Source: Octopus vulgaris (Eukaryota). From it: a stretch of DNA of 64,000 nucleotides. The position numbers were made by a program, and so were the translations under genes. The notes under the pieces were generated by a model. The model was not told the DNA's origin. It made no database searches and worked only from the letters and a program-made list of their open reading frames with translations. Positions 35,827 through 47,693 of this stretch are shown in pieces (positions within the stretch are counted from its first letter, which is position 1; each line of letters opens with the position of its first letter). The stretch is taken from the NCBI GenBank assembly GCA_951406725.2, contig OX597826.1:71548001-71612000 (forward strand), in the 5' to 3' direction.

Positions 35827-37308
35827 ATATTGTTATATTTCGGAATGGTCATATTGCCAGTTTAGCCAATAAAAACACACGCACTATATATTTGGTGTTA
35901 TTTTGCTTCAGTGATATTTATTTTTTACATTAATCTTAATCTTATTTCGGCCAAAGTTCTTTCGTCACACTCCTGTGACCGCATCAGTGGTCCTTTGTTT
36001 TCTTCTCACTTACTTGTGTCTCTCCTTACTAACCGTCAGCCATTTTGTATTTCTATTGTATGTCTTCATTTGCGCATGCTTATATCTCTATGTGCGTCTA
36101 TGTTTATTTAGTGTGTGGGGGGGGATGTCTGTAATATTTGTATCTTCTGGTTATATACATTCTTGTAATTTGTATTTTGTTTTTGTTGTTGTTGCTTTTG
36201 TTCTAATTTTGTTCATGTGTTTACATCCACCCATTATTATCATTACATATGCTTGTATGTATGTATAACAACAATATTAGTAATAATAATAATAAATCTA
36301 ATCGAGAAAAAAAAAAAAAAAAAAAAAAAGAATATACATATACATATATATATATATACATATACATATACATATATATATATATATACATACATATACA
36401 TATACATATATATATATACATATATACACACACATATACACATATACATATACACATATATACACATATACATATTGATCAATCAATAACATAGAGATTA
36501 AGATATTGTCCACACATAGAACAGATGCAACAATTAGACAAATTACAGAAGCTACACATATAATAGAAAATAAACCTAGCCTGAATAGAAAACTAGAATG
36601 GAGCAATAGCGCACACCACAACATATGACAATAGTGGATCCTGCAAACATAATAAATACACAGGTAATTAAAGAAATAGAAATGAATATCTATGTGTATG
36701 TATATGTGTATATATGTGTATATGTATATGTGTATATGTGTGTGTATATATGTATATATATATATGTATATGTATATGTATGTATATATATATATATGTA
36801 TATGTATATTCTTTTTTTTTTCTTTTTTTTTCTCGATTAGATTTATTATTATTATTACTAATATTGTTGTTATACATACATACAAGCATATGTAATGATA
36901 ATAATGGGTGGATGTAAACACATGAACAAAATTAGAACAAAAGCAACAACAACAAAAACAAAATACAAATTACAAGAATGTATATAACCAGAAGATACAA
37001 ATATTACAGACATCCCCCCCCCACACACTAAATAAACATAGACGCACATAGAGATATAAGCATGCGCAAATGAAGACATACAATAGAAATACAAAATGGC
37101 TGACGGTTAGTAAGGAGAGACACAAGTAAGTGAGAAGAAAACAAAGGACCACTGATGCGGTCACAGGAGTGTGACGAAAGAACTTTGGCCGAAATAAGAT
37201 TAAGATTAATGTAAAAAATAAATATCACTGAAGCAAAATAACACCAAATATATAGTGCGTGTGTTTTTATTGGCTAAACTGGCAATATGACCATTCCGAA
37301 ATATAACA

Positions 37309-37312
<4 letters not shown>
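35827..37312. repeat. Long inverted repeat (arms about 35827-36474 and 36696-37312, ~220-bp spacer), probable Penelope-like insertion in a family-B SINE
   Basis: The arms are near-identical reverse complements, and the ORF track shows the same peptides on opposite strands. SINE halves lie at about 35500-35770 and 37312-37535. Confidence 0.9.
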
Positions 37313-37369
<57 letters not shown>

Positions 37370-37793
37370 TACGACGGGCTTCTTTCAGTTTCCGCCTACC
37401 AAATCCACTCACAAGGCTTTGGTCGGCCCGAGGCTATAGCAGAAGACACTTGCCCAAGATTTCCACGCAGTGGGACTGAACCCGGAACCACGTGGTTGGT
37501 TAGCAAGCTACTTACCACACAGCCACTCCTGCGCTTATGTGTATTTATCACCATTATTACTTTGTGCATTTCTCAATAGGTGGTATGGGTTGGAGAGGCT
37601 GCTTCACATTAACCCACCATTCACCACAGTCCTTTGTAATCTGATCTCAACAGAGAAACACCACACCAACTCTCTTGCTGTACATGATCTTATTTTCAGT
37701 ATGGAGTGTCCGGTGGTGCGTATAATCAGGTTACAAACACTTGTCTTGCCACACTGTAAGTTTATGGACTTCCTGCTTGATTTATTCCTTTAA

Positions 37794-38838
37794 CCTTTTG
37801 ACATTTAAACTGATCATATCTGACCCAAATAGTCTGTGTTTTTTATTCAAACCAATAGGACCTGGCCTCTCACACCTACCCTATAATCTAATCTATAAAA
37901 TGAAGAAGGCAAATATTGATACAAATTGGATTTTTGTGTAAATGGGGCTGGGAGGGGATTAAAATTTACAGGAGGGGGTAACTTGAGGTGAGAAATTGAT
38001 TGGGAGACATTTTCGGGTGCTACAGTGGTTGTTTTGGTGTGAAAACAGGGATTTTATTGATTTTGGGGGACACTTGGGGGTCTAGATTGGACACCCTTTG
38101 CCCGATTTCAATCAAATTTTCAACATGGTAAAGTAGAAGCGGATTTGTAATTTAAGTGCGGAAAAGGGGTTCGAAATTTTGAAAATAAAGGCAAGATTTT
38201 TGAAGTTGAAAAAAGTTTCTAGTTTTTACGTATTTTTGCCTTTTAGGTTTATTGTTTACAGTTTTCAGTTTTCTGAAAGAAATTTGCAGCTACATGTAGC
38301 CCGTGTTTAGAGCTTTCATTTGCATGGTCAATCGTCGAACAATTCCCAAAATAAGTACTAAATTTAACAAAGAAATCCTTTTTTGTTCTATATTTTTAAT
38401 CGCTCAAATAGTGGCAGGTACAAAAGGCGAGTGTGCTTTCTGTTGTCACTGCCTGATATTCATGATTGATTTTTCAAACTATTTTCTTTCTCAACTTACT
38501 TTTGTTTTTTATAAATGGGAGAGAGATAGCTAAAGATAGAGAGTAAGAGAAAGCAAGGGAGAGTTCACAAGAAAGGAAGAGTAAGAGAGCGGGAAAGTGA
38601 GAGAGAAAGGAGAGAGAAACAAAGAGGGAGAATGTGGCAATAAGAAACAGAAAGGAAGCAACAGAAAGTAACAACCATGACCTCACCTGCAAGTCGAGCA
38701 GGTCACCTTAAGCTAGTGTCATTCTAAAAATAGTCACATCATCAAAATCTTGAACTTACAAGATATTGCATAATTAATTCAAAACAATGTGAATAAATAA
38801 GCATTATATTTTCACACAGTAATCTGAATGCTAAAAGG
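37794..38838. mobile_element. TTAA-flanked (piggyBac-type) MITE interrupted by a Helitron
   Basis: TTAA|CCTTTTGACATT ... AATGCTAAAAGG|TTAA. An uninterrupted relative is at 56107-56326. Confidence 0.75.
37887..38716 (+). mobile_element. Non-autonomous Helitron
   Basis: A|TCTAATCTATAAAA start, ACCTGC-AAGTCGA-GCAGGT hairpin, then CTAG|T. The empty site is visible in the 56107 MITE. Confidence 0.8.
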
Positions 38839-40299
38839 TTAACACATATCTCTACAGTACATACTTAGTGCAATATATTATGTCCCCATCATCATCAGAG
38901 AGGCTGACCATAGCAAAGCCAAAGGTTCCATTCTGCCCTACATAATTTTTTTTAGTGATTATGTTCTCCAAGGTGCATTTCTAAATTCTGTAGGTAGATG
39001 GGTTTTCCTAAAAAGGAGCATAGGTTACAGTGGCAGTCTATGGCCACTTGGGTATACTACCCTGTCTCTATGATGTAGAGTGGGTAGGTCAGTTAGAGCA
39101 GAGTTCAAGTAGCATCCTTTGTTCAGATTTTTCTCCATTCTGTATTTGGTTTTTATTAAAGACTTCTGCTTTCTTAGACACCCCACCTTAGCCTCAGGTT
39201 AAGAAATTCACTTATCTCTGTGATCAGGCCAGAACTATTTGTGTTTGATGAGGTTTGTTTTGTTGACCTTTCAATGCCAACCTGTCTGAAACCATCATTG
39301 GTTCTATCATACAAAATAACCATTTTAAAGTGATTTAAATTAAAGAACTTCCATCAAAATTTCCATATTCTTTTACTTGTTTCAGTCATTTGACTGTGGC
39401 CATGCTGGAGCACCACCTTTAGACAAGCAAATCTACCCCAAGACATAATCTTTGGAAACCTCGTACTTATTCTATCGGTCTCTTTTCCTAAACCACTAGG
39501 TTACAGGGACGTAAACACACCACCATCAGTTGTCAAGCGATGTTAAGGGAATAAATACAAACACATAAACACACACACACACACACATATATACACACAC
39601 ACATATATATATATATATATTGGTAAAAACAGTAAGATAACAAAAGAAAATTATGTAAATAGAGGAAATTTATCTGTAAAATAATATGTGACAATTATTC
39701 GGTAGCCAAGATAAAACTCTGAGATGGCCAGATAACCGAAGAGATGGTGGTGTGGATTTCCACCTCGGCATCCAACACATATATACATATATACGATGGG
39801 CTTTGGTCGGCCCACGACTATAGTAGAAGACACTTGCCCAAGGTGCCACACAGAAGGAATGAACCCGGAACCATGTGGTTGGTAAGCAAGCTACTTACCA
39901 CACAGCCACTCCTGCGCCATGTTAATTTGTGTTCCAAACACCAGCTAGATACTGACAAAGTTAGTTTTTAATCATTTTCAAAGTGAACTGAAATAAAAGC
40001 TATCTATTTCAAGAGACATATGATAACTGAAGGGTTAAGGGTTAGGGTTAGCTAAGAAACCAGATCTGTGCACTAAAAGGAATGTGAACTGTCATCTAGG
40101 AAAAACACAATAAGAGTGCTCTCTCCCCTCTCTCTCTATACATGCATATGTATGTACGTACACACATACATACATACACACATCATCATCATCATCATCA
40201 TTCTTTAACATGGGATATGAGTTGTCTGGGGAAAAACACAATAAGAGCTCCCCACCTCTCTCTCTCTCCACATAATTATATATGTATATATATATATAT

Positions 40300-40602
40300 G
40301 TGGAGGCGCAATGGCCTAGTGGTTAGGGCAGCAGACTCGCGGTCGCAGGATCGCGGTTTCGATTCCCAGACAGGGCGTTGTGTGTTTATTGAGCGAAAAA
40401 ACACCTAAAAAGCTCCATGAGGTTCCGGCAGGGGGTGGTGATCCCTGCTGTACTCTTTCACCACTCTTTCTCTCACTCTTTCTTCTGTTAGCCTGCTCGC
40501 TTAGCCAGCGGGGTGGCGTCATTCGAAGGCTAAAACAATGCGAACGCATTGTGACCAGTGATGTGTAACAACATCTGATGGTCTGGTCGGTCACGTGATC
40601 AC
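40300..40602 (+). mobile_element. tRNA(Arg)-like SINE, family C, tail type 1 (resembles octopus OR-type SINEs)
   Basis: GGAGGCGCAATGGCCTAGTGGTTAGGGCAGCAGACTCGCGGTCG...GGTTTCGATTCC head with a TCG anticodon-like loop. Confidence 0.8.
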
Positions 40603-40605
40603 TTG

Positions 40606-40646
<41 letters not shown>

Positions 40647-41044
40647 AAGGGGAAGGAGAAGGAGGAGAGAGCTGTTGTTGAGTTTCTTCCAAATTACAAC
40701 TTACATTCCATATATATATTTTTATGTTTTTATCTTTTGCTTGTTTCAGTCGTCAGACTGCGGCCATGCTGGGGCATCACCTTGAAGAACTGATAGACGA
40801 ATGAGTCAACCCTGGTACCTATTTTATGTGTGTGTGTGTGTACAAGCATGGCCGTGTGGTAAGAAGCTTGCTTCCCAACCACATGGGCCTCAGTTCAGTC
40901 CAATTGTGTGGCACCTTGGGCAAGAGTCTTCTACTATAGCCTTTGGTTCACCAAAACCTTATGAGTGGATTTAGGATCCAGAAACTGAAAGCAGCCCATC
41001 TTGAATGTATGTGTCTGTTTGTCTCTGTGTTTGTCCCCCGACAA

Positions 41045-42478
41045 GCTATGATGGTCACCTAATTCCTCAGACTGCAACCCACTTCATTATTATGTGTAGG
41101 GCGCAGGTGAACGAGAGACGAACAAAACTCCTTGTAACACCAAACATGAACTGAAGGTAGTATTCACCAACTTAAATAAGGAGACCGTCCAGAAGAGTTG
41201 CAGGAGATTCCAAAGCCATCTGAAGAATGTGGTTGAAGCCAATGGTGATTTTATTGAATAAATTTACTCTTTAGTATTTAAAGATATTTTTAAGTAATTT
41301 TAGTAAATATATCTGTTAACATGAGATGTCAGTGTTATTTTCATTTTGGCTTAACCCTTTCGTTACTATATTTCTGACCAAAATACACCCCTTATGTGTT
41401 TCAATTAATTTCTAACATAATCATAAATTTAGTCTGGTTTCATTAAACAACTATAACTCTTTTATTTATCAATATATTAATGTGATTTTTGGAAGATAAT
41501 TTAATGAAATGTTCTCAACCAATTCTATACTATAATTTTTGTCACAAAGTGACTCTAATTGCAGGTAGATACAGGTAAATTCAACAAAATATAAAATTAT
41601 TAAAATTTTGCTCAAATATCGCTATAGAAAATGGGTTATTAGCTAATATTCAGTTGGGTATACAACAAAATTTTACGATAGAATTTGTTATTCTGGGTAA
41701 CTTTCTGATACCCATAATAATATTTATGGCAAAATAGTCTTAATTTCATTTAAGGTTGTGGGAAATAACAAACTATCGTTTCTTTCGCTTTGTTTACATT
41801 TAGCATAACGGTTCGTTTCCGCCGTAATGAGTTCAAATAGACTCATCAGAAAAAGTAAAAAGAAATAGTCTATCACTTTACTCTCCTGGGAAAGTCTGTG
41901 GCTTGGTCCAGTTTCTTCAGAAAAATCACCGAAAGAAACAGTTTTTAAATTTTCACTCCATTCAGGTGCCAATTCATTTTCTTTATCGCTGTCGGAGCTC
42001 TCGGATTCACTGTTTTCACTTTCGGAAAATGAAACATCAGATTCATTATCAAATACCACAAGCTTTTTTTTTCAGTCATAGAGTTAGATTTATGAAGGTC
42101 TTCATTAGAAAATCCTTCGAATTCTGACTCGCTGCTTGATATAATGAAATTCGTATCCATTTTTTGTCAGAATTACAAATTTTGAAAACACAATAGGAAC
42201 AAATTTCGGAAAAAAATCTCCCAAAATTCACGGAATTAAAATTACACTTCGATCGTTGTACAAAACTGTAGATGAACTGTTTACGAAGTATAATACGTGT
42301 TTTCACGAATGTACTAAAGAGATTTGCTCTGATATTCTCATTTAAATATGAATAGGTAAATACAGGCGGGTTTGGGCAGTTTGGTCACATTAACCAAAAT
42401 ATTTTTGGGGGCGGCTTTGGGCGGTTTGGTAACGAAATGGTTAATTTACATGACAGCTTATTCCCCACATCCTGTATA
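41045..42478 (+). mobile_element. 3' remnant of a Tc1/mariner-superfamily element, host to a piggyBac
   Basis: Degenerate WSPNSSDCNPLHYYV.GAGERETNKTPCNTK. Resumes after the piggyBac and ends CCCCACATCCTG|TA. Confidence 0.7.
41355..42440 (-). mobile_element. Internally deleted piggyBac transposon
   Basis: TTAA|CCCTTTCGTTAC ... GTAACGAAATGG|TTAA. Acidic N-terminus plus FSEETGP...YFFLLF...ITAETNRYA...TTLNEIK (PGBD-type) at 41724-42160. Confidence 0.9.
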
Positions 42479-43098
42479 TATATATATCTATTTACACACA
42501 CACACAAACACACACCTACATCCTCCACCTTCCTCTTCAATTGATATTCATGACTAACTGCACCTCCACCTGTGTTCACTAAACACAAGATTTCCCTTTA
42601 TCCACCCACATCTCCATGAAGTTCTCTTTGTTCATTTTCAGTTAACCTGAGGATACATTCTGATGCACCTTCTCCACCCATCTGCTCCTCTTCTAACGGG
42701 GGGGGGGGGGGGTAACCATGTGCTGATCCCCCTCGCCTCCGCACAGCAAAACACCTCTTCCTGCCCCTCTATCGTGCTTTAACATCTCTCATCACCTGGC
42801 ATAAAGTGACCTTCCTCAATACTACTTCCCCACCACACACACTCAGTTGCAAGGTTTTGTCTCAAGAATTACTTGGTCGCCTCACAAGGACCAGTGCCAC
42901 TTGACTGAAGCACACCTAGTACGCTCTGTAAAGTGGTGGGTGTTAGGAAAGGACATCCATAAATAGAAACCATGTCAAAGCAGACACTGGAGCCTGGTGC
43001 AGTCCTTTGGCTTGCCAGCTGCTGATGAACTGTTCAACCCATGCCAGCACAAGATACAGACATTAATTGATGCTGGTGATTATATATATTAGGAAGAA

Positions 43099-43328
43099 GG
43101 CGGCGAGCTGGCAGAAACGTTAGCACGCCGGAAGAAATGCGTAGCCGTATTTCGTCTGCCACTACATTCTAAGTTCAAATTTCGCCGAGGTCGACTTTGC
43201 CTTTCATCCTTACGGGGTCGATAAATTAAGTACCAGTTATGCACTGGGGTTGATGTAATCGACTTAATCCGTTTGTCTGTCCTTGTTTGTCCCCTGTATG
43301 TTTAGTCCCTTGTGAGTTATAAAGAAAC
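43099..43328 (+). mobile_element. SINE family A, full length with target-site duplication
   Basis: Flanked by TATATATATTAGGAAGA on both sides. Confidence 0.88.
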
Positions 43329-44263
43329 ATATATATATTAGGAAGAGCATCCAGCCATAAAAACCAAGCCAAAATAGACTATAGGACCTGGTACAGAGCC
43401 TGGCTTTGCCAGTTCCTGTTCAGCTGTCCAACCCAAGTCAGCATGGAAAATGGACTGCACCAGTATGTCCATTAATATTAAATGATGGCCTGTACCTGTA
43501 CGTCCATTAACATTAAATGATGTCCATTAATGAACATCATTTAATGTCCATGGAGATTAACTGATGATAATGATGGTCGGTCTCACACACATCTTTTTTT
43601 TTTTGTACTTTTTGTACTTGGTGAGCAAGATTCATGATGTGAATTCACATGTTTAAAACAAATCTTGTTGTGTCTTGGGAGAATCCTTATATCATTACGT
43701 CAATAATAATAACATAATCACATGTTCAATACCATTTTTTACTGTTAGTCAATTGATTGAATATCTAACGAATGGATCGCTTATTTAATGTGCTGGCTAA
43801 ATGACCAGTTGTTTGTTGGAGCAGACCTTGGAGCAAGAGGCACAGTCACTAAGTCACCGAAAAGGCTGCAAACAGTGACAAAAGAATTTTGACTAACAAA
43901 CTAATGAACAACTAACTGACTGTTTAACCAACATGTTAAACAAGTGACCCACAAGTTAGATATTTAACCAATTGATTAACAATAAAGAAGTGATATTGAA
44001 CGAGTGCATGCGTTATTATTATTGGTGTAATGACACACCCAAAAATACAATAAAATACATACATATATATAAAGAGGGTGAAAGGCTTTTTAAGATCAGT
44101 ATTTTTATAGACCAGCAAGTATGGTAGTAGTTGTGTTGTGCTAGTATAATTAATATATATATATATGTATCATCATCGTTTAACATCCGCTTTCTATGAT
44201 AGCAGGGGTTGGACGATTTCCCTGAGGACTGACGAACCAGATGGCTGGACCAGGCTCCAATCT

Positions 44264-44319
<56 letters not shown>

Positions 44320-44683
44320 TTCAATCTTTTCACTCATTCATTCATTATTAATACTTTTAATATGCATTATTTACTAAAAGCCACTTTTGTAAAATAATTA
44401 TTTAAATTGCCTCTTCAATATACAACTTCATAATCTCTCTCAGCCTTCATTTTTTTTTTCCTTAATTCATCATGTAATTTCCAAATGAAATCTTAACTCT
44501 CCCCCGCTCCTGTGTTCTCAAGCTGGCTACATATTTCTTTTACTATCTCTTAAATTAACCCTTGCTTCATTGTTTTTTTTTACCCCCTCCGTTTCATGTT
44601 GGCTAAATATTTTTCATACTATTCTCTTATTCCTTCTCACTCGCTACGGCTTCTTGGTGCTATTCTCTCTAAATTAACCCTTG

Positions 44684-44942
44684 CTTGTTCCCACCTCCAC
44701 CACCAAATCCAGATTTCTTGTTCCCACCCCCACCACCAAATCCAGATTTCTTGTTCCCACCCTCACCACCAATACCAGATTTCTTGTTCCCACCCTCACC
44801 ACCAATACCAGATTTCTTGTTCCCACCCCCACCACCAAATCCAGATTTCTTGTTCCCACCCTCACAACCAATACCAGATTTCTTGTTCCCACCCCCACCA
44901 CCAATACCAGATTTCTCTCTGCTCCCACCACCATTACCAGAT
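44684..44942. repeat. 33-bp tandem repeat, about 8 copies
   Basis: Unit TTCTTGTTCCCACCCCCACCACCAAATCCAGAT; an 11-aa period is visible in all ORF frames. Confidence 0.92.
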
Positions 44943-45809
44943 ATCTCTCTTTTCTCATTGGTGGTATCCTCTATCATACCTGCAATTTCCTCTCCGTCTC
45001 TCACGGGACAAATGCGACTAGTTTGGCTTGCCCATCTACTTAATCAGCTATCTTTTGTTTTGACTCAAATTTTGTCAATAAATTACTCAGTAATTTCTGT
45101 GGACGCATCAAAGTGTAAAGAGAATGCTAATGGGCTGTATGTGCATGCTTGTTCCTCTGTGTGTGTGTGTGTGTGCACGCACCTCCTTGTTCCTCTCCCT
45201 TTCTCTCTCCCAGGACAAATGCAACTGGTTTAGCTGCCCACCTACTTAATCTAACATTGGCATATTGATATTCATATTCTCCTTCATCTATCTTTATTTA
45301 TTTATTTATTTACATATCAACATCAATGGAAATTGTAGCTGAGATACCAGTGCCGGTGGCACGTAAGAGAACCATCTGAACGTGGCCGTTGCCAGTGCCG
45401 CCCTGACTGGCCTCCGTGCCGGTGGCACGTAAAAAGCACCATCCGATTATGGCCATTGCCAGCCTCATCTGGCACCTGTGCAGGTGGCACATAAAAAGCA
45501 GCCACTACACTCTCGGAGTGGTTGGTGTTAGGAAGGGCATCCAGCTGTAGAAACACTGCCAGATCAGACTGGGCCTGGCGCAGCCTTCTGGCATTCCAGA
45601 CCCCAGTTGAACTGTCCAACCCATGCTAGCATGGAAAACGGACGTTAAGCGATGATGATGATGATGATCTGCTTAAATTTACAATTTTACGATGTCCATA
45701 GCGTCTATACTTACAACGCCACTAACACCTACTCCAACCCCCAGTAGGGGCAACAATCTTAACACACTTGAATGTTTGAATGATGACAGGTCAAAAGTGA
45801 GAACAGGTG

Positions 45810-46772
45810 AATCATGTCTATCAAACGAACACAAAAACCTTCTTTTCAGGCACTGAATAACATCTCCCCTCCCCACGCCTTCTCCCACATTCTTTTCCCA
45901 GTTTTTAGAGTTGGCACTGTCAATGTAGGTACATTGAAAGGTAGGTCTAGTGAGATTGTAGAGATGCTTGAACAGAGACATGTTGATGTATGCTGCATAC
46001 AAGAGGTAAGGTGGAGAGGAGCTTCAGCCAGGGTCCTCACAGGCAAGGCACATAGGTATAAAATCTTCTGGGAAGGTAACAGTGATGAAGTAGGGGGTGT
46101 AGGTATACTCCTTGTGGAGAAATGGGTGGATAAGGTCATAGAGGTAGTCAGGGTATGCAATAGAGTGCTTAAGTCTTGCAGAATAGTATAGCTACAATTA
46201 TCTCCGTCTATGCCCCACAAGCAGGCTTACCAAAAGATCAGGAGGACCACTTTTATGATATCCTTTTACAGGCTACCTCAAAGACGAGTGGCAATGACCT
46301 TATCTTTGCAGTGGGAGATTTTAATGGGCATGTCGGACGGCAATCTGGTATCTTCTGTGGTGTTGGGGCGCCGGGGGAAGGGATTCCCAAAACGAAGGCT
46401 ACCGGGGGTTCTATGATGCATGCAACCTAATCTGCAACACTAACTTCAGGAACCCAGACACCCACCTGATAACCTATCAATCAGGCAACTCTGCTAGCCA
46501 GATTGATTTCATCCTCACCAGACAGCAGGATGCAAGATTGCTCTTAAATACAAAGAACCTCCCTGGTGAAGAATGTACCCACCAGCATAGACTAGTCGTT
46601 AGTGACTTTAGACTTGAGGCCAGAAGGATGCCAAGAAGCAGACCAATCCAGGAAAGAAGGATTTGGAAGCTAAAGAACCCTTCACATGGTCAGAGATTTA
46701 GGGACATCATCATTGTAAAATCTGATGAGAGGGAGGAGGAGCTATGGACTTGGGACATAGAGGGTAACTGGA
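45810..46772 (+). mobile_element. RTE-clade LINE fragment (APE endonuclease region), frameshifted and 3'-truncated
   Basis: RVGTVNVGTLKGRS, DVCCIQEVRWRG, GVGILL, ISVYAPQAG, GDFNGHVG, SQIDFIL and QHRLVVSDF motifs. Confidence 0.9.
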
Positions 46773-47160
46773 ATAATTTTAAAATTAGATTTTTCCTAAT
46801 ACATAAATGATTATATATAATTTTATTAAGAGCTATTATTTATAGTAATATAAATTAATTTAATATTATTTGTATATTTTACGTAATAATTATTTGGAAA
46901 TTAATTTATAGTAAACAGTCATTTATAGTTCTTTTGTTATTCTATTTTTCTTTAATTCATGAAGCTTAAATATTTTTCGTCATTTACATTGTGGTACATA
47001 AAATGCACCCTGCACACTCTGCTTAGTGGTTGGCATTAGGAAAGGCATCCAGCTGTAGAAATCATGCCACAACAGACAGCTGGAGTCTGGACAGCTCCAA
47101 TGCTAACCAGCTCCATATCAAACCATCCAACCCATGCCCAGCATGGAGACTGGATGTTAA

Positions 47161-47309
47161 ATGATGATGACAATGATGATGATGACGATGATGATAATGA
47201 CGATGATGGTGGTGGTGGTGATGATGATGATGACGATGATGATGATGATGATGATGATGATGACAATGATGATGATGATGATGATGATAGACAGACAGAC
47301 AGACAGACA
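47161..47309. repeat. Expanded (GAT)n tail followed by (GACA)n
   Basis: Directly follows a family-R tail; explains the poly-D/H/S/I/M ORFs. Confidence 0.9.
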
Positions 47310-47548
47310 GTGTGCATCTTTGTGTCTGTTTTGTCCACCAGCACCACTTGCCAACCAATGCTAGGTTGTTTAAATCCCCATAACTTAGCTGTTCAGCAAA
47401 AGAGACTGATAGAATAAATACCAGGCTTGAAAAAAAAAAAAGAACTGAGTATTGGGGTTGATTCCCTCAATTAAAAATTCAAGGTAGTTCCCCTGCATGG
47501 CCACAATTTAATGCCTGAAACAAGTAAAAGATATATATATATACATAC

Positions 47549-47693
47549 CAGCCAGTGGGTGACAGTCAAATGTTTCTACTGAGGTTTCTGTTGAAGGTAA
47601 GTGCTCAATGAACTTCATGATTTCTGTCATTCCTTCCACAAATGTTCCATTCCAAACCATTTGGGCATTAGTCATGTACAGCTTAGATAACAG
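47549..47693 (-). CDS. NXT1: NTF2-related export protein (NXT/p15), internal coding exon
   Basis: Minus strand reads ctattctAG|CTG...GCTG|GTatgt. 145 nt encoding LLSKLYMTNAQMVWNGTFVEGMTEIMKFIEHLPSTETSVETFDCHPLA + 1 nt, which aligns by eye with human NXT1 [21 protein letters not shown]...LPSSEFQISVVDCQPVH. Confidence 0.92.

Noticed and set aside
40300-40375. tRNA-Arg gene
   Set aside because: No proper acceptor stem, and it continues into a SINE body; the same holds at 52060 and 61390.
44596-45233. Pro-, His- or Gly-rich repetitive proteins
   Set aside because: Open in nearly all frames because of a stop-free 33-bp tandem repeat.
47036-47417. Poly-Asp/His/Ser/Met ORFs
   Set aside because: Translations of the (GAT)n retroelement tail.
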